DNA of 59,169 nucleotides. Source: Octopus bimaculoides (Eukaryota). The notes under the pieces were generated by a model. The model did no database searches. It had not been told where the DNA came from and saw only the letters and a program-made list of their open reading frames with translations. Numbering within the stretch: position 1 is the first letter of the stretch; each line of letters opens with the position of its first letter. The stretch spans positions 21,302,621 through 21,361,789 of the forward strand of contig NC_069000.1 of assembly GCF_001194135.2 (NCBI RefSeq), in the 5' to 3' direction. Both the position numbers and the translations under genes were made by a program. Below are positions 1 to 11,125 of this stretch, piece after piece.

Positions 1-21
1 TATATATATATATATATATAT

Positions 22-178
22 GACAGGCCTTCAGTTTCTGTCTACCAAATCCACTCACAAGACTTTAGTCAGCCCGAGGCTATAGTAGAAGAGACTTGCC
101 CAAGGTGACATGCAGTGCAACTGAACCTAGAACCATGTGGTTGGGAAGCAAGCTTCTAACCACACAGCCACTCCTACA
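22..178 (-). mobile_element. tRNA-derived SINE family A, 5' half
   Basis: Reverse complement of the gcaggagtggctgtgtggtaag...cttgggcaagtgtcttctactatagcctcggg motif that recurs across the window. Confidence 0.8.
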
Positions 179-359
179 TTCTGTGTTCAATTTTGCCTTT
201 CATCCTGTTGAGGCTCAATAAAATAAGTACCAGTTGAATACTGGGGGTTGATGTAATCAACTTAACTCTTCCTCCAAAATTACATGCCTTGTACTAAAAT
301 TTGAAACCACTATGATTATCATTATTATTATTATGTTTATTATTGTTGTTATTGTTATT

Positions 360-985
360 AAGGTGGTTAGCTGGCAGAATCATTAGTGCGTTGAGCAAAA
401 TGCTCTTTTATGTTCTGAGCTCAAATCCCACCAAGGCCAACTTCACCTTTCATCCTTTATGGGTTGATAAAATTGAGAACCGGTCCATGTAAGCAAATTA
501 CCTTTTCCTCTCAAATTTGCTGGCCTTGTGCCAATTATTATTATTGATGTTATTAATTGGTAGGGCTATTAGCATGTTCAACAAAATGCTTAGCAGCATT
601 TCATCCATCTTTATCTTCTGAGTTCAAATTTTACCAAGGTCAACTTTACCTTTTCATCCTTTTGAGGTTAATGAAGTAAGTACCAGTCAAGTACTGGGGT
701 CACTGTAATCAATGTCCCTCTCCACTCCAAAACTGCCGGGCCCCATGCCAAAACTTGAAACTATTATTATTAAGGCGGTGAGCTGGCAGAATCATTAGCA
801 TGCCAGGTGAAACGCTTAGCGATATTTCGTCTGGCATCACGTTCTGAGTTCAAATTCCGCCAATGTCAACTTTGCCTTTCATCCTTTCGGGGTTGATACA
901 ATGAGTACAAGGGAAACACAGAGGTCAATGTAATCAAGTAGTTCCCTCCCCACAAACTTTAGGCCTTGTACCTTCAATAGAAACG
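360..985 (+). mobile_element. Three tandem tRNA-derived SINE family B copies (Meta-domain-like core)
   Basis: Repeated ggcggtgagctggcagaatcattagc...gagttcaaattcc...tttgcctttcatcctttcggggttgata motif with A-box-like and B-box-like segments. Confidence 0.8.

Positions 986-1033
<48 letters not shown>
985..1033. repeat. (TAT/ATT)n microsatellite
   Basis: Directly visible. Confidence 0.95.
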
Positions 1034-1036
<3 letters not shown>

Positions 1037-1372
1037 TAGTTTTATTTTTATAACGTGCTTTCACTTCACTACCGAGCGCAGCTCTGTGTGCCTTGGGTAT
1101 GTGCTGTGGTTTGCTGTGATGCTCTTATGGTTACTGTACTGAAAGTGTTTTGCGTAGGATGTGTGCAGTGCCCAGTAGTGCAATTTTCTGTATGTTATAT
1201 ATATTTATAAGTCCTGGTGTTTTCGTTATGCATTTGTCTGAATATTTTTTTATTATACCTAAGGCACCTACTATGATAGGAATTGTTTGTTTTTAGATTC
1301 CACATTCGAGTTACCTCTATTTCTAGGTCTTTGTATTTTGAAAGTTTCTCCATTTCTTTTAGATTTCTTTTC

Positions 1373-1376
<4 letters not shown>
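1034..1376 (-). mobile_element. 5'-truncated RLE-type non-LTR retrotransposon (R4/Dong-like) 3' end, embedded in (TAA)n
   Basis: Minus strand, with one frameshift, encodes KEMEKLSKYKDLEIEVTRMWNLKT/TIPIIVGALGIIKKYSDKCITKTPGLINIYNIQKIALLGTAHILRKTLSVQ*, which resembles a restriction-like endonuclease C-terminus. About 97 nt of 3' UTR runs into (TAA)n. Confidence 0.75.
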
Positions 1377-1406
<30 letters not shown>

Positions 1407-1972
1407 ATTATTCTGGCCCTATACCAAAATTGGAAACTGTTATCATTAATATTATTATCCCCTACCCCCATTATGCAAATCTTGTTTACACACAAAACCC
1501 TCACAACACACACATTATTTGTTTTGTCTTGTACTGTCCATAATGTTTTCCTTAATGTAAACTCTTTGTAGTCAATAAAGAAATCATTAATCTACTGCAA
1601 CAGTCCTTATTGCTTATTCTGCAGTTCTTTGGCTTTTTTCAGTCTTCATGTTAAAGGTCATGCTGGAGCACCATGCTGTTGTTGTGTTGGGGCTTTCTTA
1701 GCTTAGGGTCAGCACGTTATCAATATTCAAAAGACAATGACCAACACATCTTTTATTCAAACAGCATATCTGAGACTACATTGTTCAGTATGCCATGTCC
1801 TTCATTTTAAAAGACAAATTTGAAGATTTTTGCAAAATTTCTAGCAGGTTGAGCAACCTTGTAAAAGCTCTTCTGTTGACTTGTCTACCTTGTTACTGTT
1901 ACTGCTAGTGGTGGTGGTGGTGGTGTTTTTATGGTATTTGTTTCTTCATGTTTAGTGCTGTCATCATCACTG

Positions 1973-2005
<33 letters not shown>

Positions 2006-2822
2006 ACAACAACAACAACAACAACACTGCCATCATTATCATCACTATCAACACATCATCATCATCATCATCATTAGTTGTTATTGGTGCTCTGTAATGG
2101 CAATTGCTATAGTTATAGTTATCACACTATTGTTAATTGTGCCTGTCTGAACGAGGGAGGAGTGACTTTCATTTGTTTGTTTACTAATTAGAAGTTGTTA
2201 TAGTTGCAATCAGTGTTATTGAAGTATGAAAGTGAAAGTGGTGGTAGGGAGAGAGGCCAAGACCAAACGTTAGGTCCAAATGCAAGACAAGAAATAAAGG
2301 AGGAGTAGAAGAAGTAGAGGATTTTCGAATCCAGAAGATGCACAACAAGCCAAGCTATTGCATAAAGACAACAAGGAGGAAAAGAGATAGATATAACAAG
2401 AGAGAGAGAGAGGGGGAGAGAGGGGGAGAGAGAGAGAGAGAGGAAAAGGAGAGTGGAGAGAAGAACAGATAGAGAGATACGGAAAGAGAAGGAAAGAAGA
2501 GAAATAGTGAAACTGCTAGACAAAAGAGAAAAACTAGAGAGGAAAAATCCAAATTCCAAAGAAAAACAGCAATAACAACAACACAACAAAAGATAAACAA
2601 AAAGTTATAATCACACACTCACACACATTCAAAAAAGAGAATTAATTAATAATAATAAAAGTTATTTTCAAAGAATTCTTCTCCAATTGCGTTAGGGTAA
2701 ACACAAGTCACAAACACCAATATTTCTGTCTGAGAATTTAGTGTAAAATTATCTTTTTTTGTTACTTTTTTTTTATTTTCTGAAGGGAGAGGCCACTTTA
2801 TTTCAATATCAGGTTGTTGTTG

Positions 2823-2854
<32 letters not shown>

Positions 2855-5339
2855 GGTATATTAGTGCTGTCATGTCACCAAAGACTCAGTTTTTACTTTT
2901 GTTTCCTTATGTTGCTACATTCTTAGCAATGATAACATGTAATGATTTCATTTTGGGCCATTGCTTAAAGCCAGATCAGCCTTGAAGAGTTAAAGGGAGT
3001 GTGTGTGTCTGTATATNNNNNNNNNNNNNNNNNNNNNNNNNNNNNNNNNNNNNNNNNNNNNNNNNNNNNNNNNNNNNNNNNNNNNNNNNNNNNNNNNNNN
3101 NNNNNNNNNNNNNNNNNNNNNNNNNNNNNNNNNNNNNNNNNNNNNNNNNNNNNNNNNNNNNNNNNNNNNNNNNNNNNNNNNNNNNNNNNNNNNNNNNNTA
3201 TATATATGTATATATATACACACTAAAATATGAAGTAGGATATAACAAGCATTATGTGTCAACTGACCCTAATACCATTATTGGATTGTTTCATATTGTG
3301 TCTAGTTATTCCAAAGAAAGTTTTTTAGCATTTCTTATGTAGCTTTCTAAAAAATTAACTGATAAGATTCCTAATGTAAATGGTATTAGACAAATATAAA
3401 CACAACAAATTTGGGACAGAACAAAGAGAGTAACACCACCACTGGCAGAATCTGAACTATATATACATCACTTGTTAGGCAACTATGTTATAACTAATTA
3501 GATTATGGAGTGCCTAAAGAAATAATTTATAGTACCTAAAATGAGGAATGGAGAAAGGCAGTTTGTTCTATAAAAATGGTAATACAGTCATCTGGCAAGT
3601 TATATATATATGTTTGAAATCTCATCTGCAAGCCAATTGTTTATTCTGTCTCAAAATGGTGTCAGTGACATTACAAGGGTAAAGACAATTCTAGTTTCTC
3701 TTAATAGGCAACATAAACAAAAAGAAATGTTGCACCCTTTCACATTGGCACTGCCTCTAACTGGTGTTTATAATGTCTAACATCTTTCAATGTATTTGTT
3801 TGGGATGGTGCTGTTTCTGCATTTTCTCATTAAGTTACTTTAAATATTCATTTTAATCTGCATTAACAATGATAGCGAGCAGAGTGGTGGAGAGGAAGAG
3901 GAACAATTCGAAAAACAACAAGAGAAAGAACAAGTCAAATGATCAAACCTGTGACATCAACCAACTCTTCCTCAAATCACACTCCATCTTCATTTGAAAT
4001 AAGGAAAAAATGTTTTAGATAATGAAGTCTTTTTATCTCCTAAAAAGACATGATGGCCATAGCTTAAATGTGCTTGATTATAAGTTTCTTTCACTTAGAA
4101 ATGACTTAGGATTAAACAAGGAAACCAGCTACAACTATAGACAGAAAGACCACATAGAAACACAGCTGGAGAAAAATGAGGAGCTATATCAACCCTTTAG
4201 CGTTCAGATTAATTTGTCAAAAGTAATCCTTATTTATTCACATTTAAAAAGATTTACCTGATATTATTTTGTAGCTTCAAGATAGGAAAGATGTAATTGT
4301 TTATTTTTAGAATGACATTGCAGGATAGGTGTGAGATGCTGGCTCTGGCCAGTTTGAGCGTAAAATGTGTAGAATATTTGAGCCGGACACAGCCGGTTTA
4401 AACACTAAAGGGTTAAATATAAATCTAAACAAGAAGTGGAAAAGGAAGAGTAACTCAGACTGGAACAGAGTTGTCAAAGAATAGAGTATATCAGTATACC
4501 TCTTTGATGACTTGAGGGCTACCTTTTATCTTGAAGGACCAAGTGTACCTTATATCTCATACATGGCAAGTTATAAGAAGAAGGATGAGGTAGAGACAAA
4601 GTGCAAGGTAAACAGTAAAAAGACAAACAGGAAGAAAAGAGAAACAATTAAAATTTCAATCTCAATGCCACCATAACCAAGTCTCACACATTTGATTGCC
4701 TATCTTCCAAAACATGCTGCAATATGGGTCATTTGACCTTCTAAAAATAGCAGCCAAATTTCCCTCAAATCACACCCTCTAAATAAAAGGGAAGAATATA
4801 TTGCATGATGTAGTTCAGGGTACAAAATACCTTGGAAGTAAAAAAAAAATGAGCCATTACAGCCATAATGGTTTGGATCATAAATATGCCTTCTCAATGA
4901 GCCCAGGTGAAGCCGACCACGAGTGCAGATCTCGGTGGTAGTAACTGACCTGGGGTTAAACAACAACTATATTACAACGACCAGCACCACTACTACTACT
5001 TGTAGTGATGGCAGTAATGACTACTATTTCTAGCATGTCAAACAAATTACATGCTACAGCATGTTATGGAAAATAGGCAATAAAATGTGTAAGACACAAA
5101 ACTATTTTTCTAGTTATGGTAGTACAAAGAAAGCAAGCTTAGTAGTTTCTCTTTTCTACATTAGTACAGCTAGCACTACCATCACTACTAATACTATTTC
5201 TACTGCTGCTGCATAGTTATTTGTAATAAAAATATCAAAATATTAAATTCATTGAAATGAAACAAAAGTTAAAGACAAATTATATTCTGTTCTCTGCATA
5301 TGCTCCACAAGCAAGACTGACAGAAGAACAAAAAGACTG

Positions 5340-7000
5340 TTTCTAGGAAAGCTTTCTGCAGATTACCTAAACGATGACTGACAACAACTTCATTATTATG
5401 GTAAATACTATCAAAAGATATACTGGTCAACATGATGATAGCTTCTGTGACATACATGGAGGTTACAGATATGGTACAAGAAATGAGGAGAGTGCAAGGG
5501 TCTTGGACTTCTGTGAGGCACTTAAAAAGATCCCACTGTTGGGCACAGTTTTATGGAAATTCTAAATTGAAGCATGGGTGCAGCTATAGCTGCATGGTGA
5601 TAAGATTGCTTCCCAACCACATGGCTCTAAGTTCAGTGGCATCTTGGACAATTGTCTTGTACTCTAGTCTTTAGTCAACCATAGCCTTATGAGTGGATTT
5701 GGTAGATGGAAACTGAAAGAGATTGTCATGTGTGTGTGTGTGTGTATTTTGTCCACCACCACTGCTTGGCAGTTGGTATTGGTTTATTTACTTCCTTGTA
5801 ATCTGATAGTTCAACAAAACAGACTGATAGAATATGAACCATGCTGAAAAAATAATTATTGGGATTGATTTGTTCAACTAAGCTCTTGAAGGTGGTGCCC
5901 CAGCGTGGCTGCAAGCCAGTGAGTGAAACAGGTGAAAGATAAAAGATATGACTGTAAGGAGAAAGATTTAGATAACCTGTAGCATAGACAAGTGGGAATT
6001 CCTATGAAATAATCCACTTAAGACTACAAATCAGACATGTAACTGGGACAAAGTCCCACTCAAACTGAAAGTGATGTGGTGGTATAATATGGTTGATAGG
6101 GGAGTAAAGGCTAAGAGATAGGCTTAGAAAATCTGGAAGGAATGTAGTATTTGAGAGCATTACCAAGTAGCTAGAAGGAAAGTTATGTGACAGGCATACT
6201 TGACTAATGGTGAGGCAGGAAAAAAAAAAGGCATACTAGCCATCACTGTAGAAGACCAAAAAATGGTATGAAAGTGCTATATTAAGAGGCTGTTGAACTT
6301 GGAGAATGCATGGGATAAAGTAAGGCTACCTCATCCTGATCCTACAGTGGGACCAGCAATGGCGAAAAAGGATACATGATTGCTACCCAGATAATTAATC
6401 AAGTAATACAGGAAGGTATCATACCCAGTGGCTGGCATAGGAATATTTAAATTGGCACAAAGGCAAAGGAGATGCTTAAGAAAGAGAAAATTATAGCAAA
6501 ATGAAACTATTGGACCAGGTTAAGAAGGTCATGGAGAGAATTATAGTAACAGACTAAATCAAGATGAGATGCAGTTTGGTTTCATGCCTGGCATAGAGAC
6601 CATGAATGCAATGTTCCTAGTGAAGTGACAAACTAGAGTAAAGCACTATTTCTGGTATTTGTTACAGAAGGCATTTGATAGGGGACCATTTTCAGCAATT
6701 TGGTGGTCACTAATGAAACTAGGTGTAAACTAATGGTTTGTGAAGGAATAACAAGCTATGTGAAAAGATGCAATAAAGAAGATGAGAACCAACAATGATT
6801 TCAATGATGAATCTAGTACAAAGGTAGGAGTCCATCAAGGTTCAATCAATCCTCAATCTTCTGCTATTCTCCATAGTCCTACAGACCATCACAGAAAAGT
6901 TTAAGACTGAATATTCATGGGAACTCCTAAATGTTGGTGTAGTATGCAACAGAGAAGACTGCACTAGTATGGACATTTGATGGTTTTAGGTAAAGAAGTG
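5340..7000 (+). mobile_element. Degenerate RTE-clade LINE (EN, linker and RT remnants), interrupted by a SINE
   Basis: Remnant motifs: IHGGYRYGTRNEESARVLDFCE (APE endonuclease), WWYN, KGKGD, DEMQFGFMPG, KAFDR, VGVHQGS, WELL. Many stops and indels. Confidence 0.85.
5575..5948 (+). mobile_element. SINE family A, near full length
   Basis: Head, internal (TG)n and 3' tail ending aaacaggtgaaagataaaag. Confidence 0.8.
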
Positions 7001-8391
7001 CAAAGTTATCCAAGAAGAAGGAACTAGCAGGAAAAGAAGATAAAAGAACACATAGGAAGAAGTGATGAATGCTGATCTTAGGCTAAACTTAATGAAGGAG
7101 ATGATAAGAGATCACAAATGAGAAGATACTCTGCTAAAGAGGATCAGTCCAAACTATGAAAGTATGGAAAAGCAAATGTTTCATAATGATGACAAATAGA
7201 GTAAAATGTCATAAACTGGTGGAAAAATATAACAATTACCAATTATATGTCAATTCCATCTATTTCCTTATTAACAACTAACCATTATAGGATGCAAGCC
7301 ACTTTTGGACATCATTGCAATAAAATTTACAGTGATGAACAAAAACATATCGCTTTGAATTGTATGCCATTCAGGAATAGAAATACATTGAAGTAATTTT
7401 GGTAAAACTGAATGTCTTTCATCAAAGAGAGATCAATAGAGACACAATATGACATTGCTTGTTAGTGACTATTTCGAGAAATTGAACCAGTCAACACTCC
7501 AGATTCATTGACAAAGACCTATGAACATGTAGCTCAAGGACAATCCCTACTATTGCTGCTGCTGATTATCAAACATGATAGCAACTAAGTGAAAGCATGG
7601 CTGCACTTAATTAAGAAGTCTACGTCTGGTTCTGGGTTTGATCCCATACACAGCAACTTGGGCAGCTATATTTCACCATAGCAACAGGTTCGTTAATATA
7701 CTGTGAGTGGAATTTTGTAGATGCTAATTATGAGACTCGTTACATTCATATGTGTGTGTGTGTGTGTGTGTGAATCTCTTGTCCATATTTATTAGTGAAG
7801 GATGCAAATAATTTTGAAAAATAGAAAGACAAATAAAAAACGTGTTTTTTTTTAATAAAGTTCCTTGTGATATTTGTTCTACACCAAATTACAGACATTC
7901 ACTTCTCAATCTGAAATATGGTGAATCAACGATTGACTCATTGGAGATCTGTAAACAGTTATTATTTCTCAGCAACTGTGTGATAGAAGAACCAAAACTA
8001 CTTCAGATCTCCCTCTCTCTCTCTCTCTTTCTTACTACAGCTAAAAGATCTAACATTAAACACCTAATCATTAAAATTCAATGCAATCAGGATGTGTTTC
8101 CTTTTCTTTCTTTCTGTATCCCTAATTTAATGGTTCAATCTTCTTACTGAATTAAATCTCAGATACAATGATGCATTCAAAGAAGTCGACTAAACTAAGT
8201 AAGCGTTTAACTTAATTCCTTTCTTTTCTTCTAATGTTCTTCCCTACTACGAAACACTTCAATAAAATGCATTGGTGAAACCTGCCCTGGTATAGTTAAG
8301 TTAACCAATCTTTTGATTTCTATGACTGTTTTTAGCTTTTGTTTTTTTGTAAATTTGTTTTGATTTTATTTTGTTTCAGCTAAAACTTCAA

Positions 8392-8551
8392 GAAGAAGAA
8401 GAAGAAGAAGAAGAAGAAGAAGAAGAAGAAGAAGAAGAAGAAGAAGAAGAAGAAGAAGAAGAAGAAGAAGAAGAAGAAGAAGAAGAAGAAGAAGAAGAAG
8501 AAGAAGAAGAAGAAGAAGAAGAAGAAGAAGAAGAAGAAGAAGAAGAAGAAG

Positions 8552-8580
<29 letters not shown>
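8392..8580. repeat. Perfect (GAA)63 trinucleotide repeat
   Basis: Uninterrupted gaa run; 63 E residues in the 8371..8634 ORF. Confidence 0.97.
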
Positions 8581-8582
<2 letters not shown>

Positions 8583-9049
8583 CATCTTTGAGAGAAACAT
8601 TTTTCTCAGAGCACCACATGTACAGTTCCATTAGTTTCTGTAGCTGCACCGTTTAAGTAATGTTACATAGAACCGGCTTTAGTAATCTCAGACTTAACCA
8701 ACAGATTAATATTAGATTACAATGTAGAAAAGTGATTAAATAAATGAAACACTTCAAATCTGAGCATCATTACAAAGAAGCAAAAAAAAAGAGAGAGAGA
8801 GAAAGGAAACACTGCCTGAATCTAATAACCTATATCTATTTTAGCTAATCAATTATTTATAACTAAACTGATCTGGTATTTCATAAATGATACAAGGATA
8901 TTATATTTATTACATAATTGATAATTAGCTGGTGTGTATTTGTGCATAAAATGTACAGCCAAGTATTAAGACATACAATATTAAAACCATTTTTGTATGA
9001 AATGTCTAAATTGGATATATGTATGAATGGATGGATGGACAGATGGATG

Positions 9050-9102
<53 letters not shown>
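9050..9102. repeat. (GATA)n microsatellite
   Basis: Directly visible. Confidence 0.95.
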
Positions 9103-9103
<1 letters not shown>

Positions 9104-9487
9104 CAGACAGACATACAGCAGACATGAGGTTCACTAGATTGAATGATGACTGGATCATACACAGTAAACCTCACATATACGTATATATCTGTTTGTGTGT
9201 GCATTGGTTGCTACTCTGAGTTTTGTCTGAACAAAGTTATAACTTGCTTGAAGACCCTGTGTGCCCATTGGCAAAATTCAAACTAGCAAAAGACAGATTC
9301 AACTAAAACACAGTACTCTTTCTTCTGACAGTCAATACTAAATGTGTGTGTGTGTGTGTATTATATATATATATATATATATACACACACATATACACAT
9401 ATATACATATAAATACATATTGATGATAACAATGATATAGATACATATATATATATATATTAATTGACGATTCCCTGCCCTTATTCT

Positions 9488-9526
<39 letters not shown>

Positions 9527-9671
9527 ATAGATACATATATATATATATATATATGCATGTATATAGATACATATATATATATATATATGTATGTATATAG
9601 ATACATATATTCACACACACACACATTGATACACATACATACATACATATATATATATATACATATATATA

Positions 9672-10908
9672 CAGGGGTTGGACAAAATAATGGAAACACC
9701 TAGCATCATAGCATCATAATTTTGAAATATCTATAAAACCGTCAAAAGCTTGTTTATTTTTATGTTTTTTGATTTATTATTAATATTGCTTAATACCTTT
9801 TGCTAAAATTGCTGTTTCTTTTCAGATATCATCAGAAAAAGGTAATTAAAATTACAGATCTATCAGACTTTAAAAAAGGTCAAATTGTTGGTACTCACAT
9901 GGTAAGCACTAGCGTAATGAAAACAGCCGAAATGTTTGGTGTTTCAAGAAGTGCTGTCTTGAAAGTAATGACAGCCTTTGAGAGATAGGAAAAAACCTCC
10001 TCGTCGAAACAAAACTCCAGAAGAAAACCAAAATTTTCAGATAGGGACCGTCGGACTCTTATGCGAATTGTTAGAAAGGATCACAAAAGTACAGCTCTCA
10101 AAATTACTGCAGAGCTTAATGACCACCTCAAGAACCCAGTTTCCATAAAGACTGTTGGCCGGGAGCTGCACAAAGCCAGATTTCATGTGAGGGCTGCAAT
10201 CAGAAAACCACTACTTTCAAAAACAAACATTGCAAAGCATTTAGAGTGGAGTAAAAACCTTCAGAATTGGTTCCTAGAGTAGTGGAAGAATGTTATTTTC
10301 TCGGACGAGTCATCCTTTACCTTATTTCTGACCGCTGGCCGAGAATACATTTGACCCAGACTGCCTTCTTCCAACTTTAAACATGGAGGAGGATCTGTGA
10401 TGATCTGTGGTGGGGCTATATCTTGGAAATTCGCTGGCCCAATGGTTTTCCTTCATGGCAGAATTAATAGTCAAGACTATTTAAGCAATTCATCTGATCA
10501 AATTCATCCTATGGGTGTGGAACTGTTTCCGGAGGGAAATGCAATCTTTCAGGATGATAATGTACCAATTTACACAGCTAAAGTTGTTACTGAATGGCAC
10601 GAGGAACATTCTAGTGAAGCTGAACATCTTATCTGGCCACCACAGTCCACAGATCTCAATATTATTGAACATTTATGGTGCATTTTAGAAAAACAAGTAA
10701 GGAGTCAATATCCTCCACCATCATCACTACAAGAACTGTTTTAGCTGAAGTATGGACAAAAATTCCTTTGGAAACAAATCAAACTTTGTACGAGTCCATA
10801 CCTCATAGAAGTCAAGCTGTAATTACTGCCAAAGGTGGTCCTACCCCATATTAAAATCAATTTGTTTGAAATTTTAAGGTGTTTCCATTATTTTGTCCAA
10901 CCCCTATG
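9672..10908 (+). mobile_element. Full-length inactive Tc1/mariner transposon, about 1.24 kb, DD36E spacing
   Basis: A 28-bp TIR core aggggttggacaaaataatggaaacacc (9673-9700) is perfectly inverted at 10878-10905, with TA flanks. Transposase pseudogene motifs: LSDFKKGQIVG, AAIRKPLLS, FSDES, KHGGGSVM, FQDDN, WPPQSTDLNIIEHLW. Confidence 0.95.
9850..10854 (+). pseudogene. Tc1 transposase pseudogene with stops, frameshifts and a small internal deletion near 10345
   Basis: ORF fragments 9800..9988, 10061..10282 and 10397..10744 are colinear transposase pieces, ending AKGGPTPY*. Confidence 0.9.
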
Positions 10909-10932
10909 TATATACATATAAATATATATTGA

Positions 10933-10974
<42 letters not shown>

Positions 10975-10977
10975 ACA

Positions 10978-11125
10978 ACAGACCTCTTTCTGCTTTCATC
11001 TACCAAATCTACTGACAAGGCCCAGAGTTATAGTAGAAGACACTTGCCCAAGGTGCTATGTTGTGGCACTGAACTCAAAGCCATGTGGTTGGGAAACAAA
11101 CTTTTTAACCACACAGCCATGCCTA
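10978..11125 (-). mobile_element. SINE family A fragment
   Basis: tagtagaagacacttgcccaagg...accacacagccatgcc. Confidence 0.75.

Noticed and set aside
2188-2618. 133-aa and 87-aa Leu/Ser/Phe-rich minus-strand ORFs
   Set aside because: They come from the low-complexity complement of GA-rich sequence and have no recognisable motif.
8371-8649. Poly-E, poly-F and poly-S ORFs
   Set aside because: They are translations of the (GAA)63 microsatellite, with no other coding evidence.
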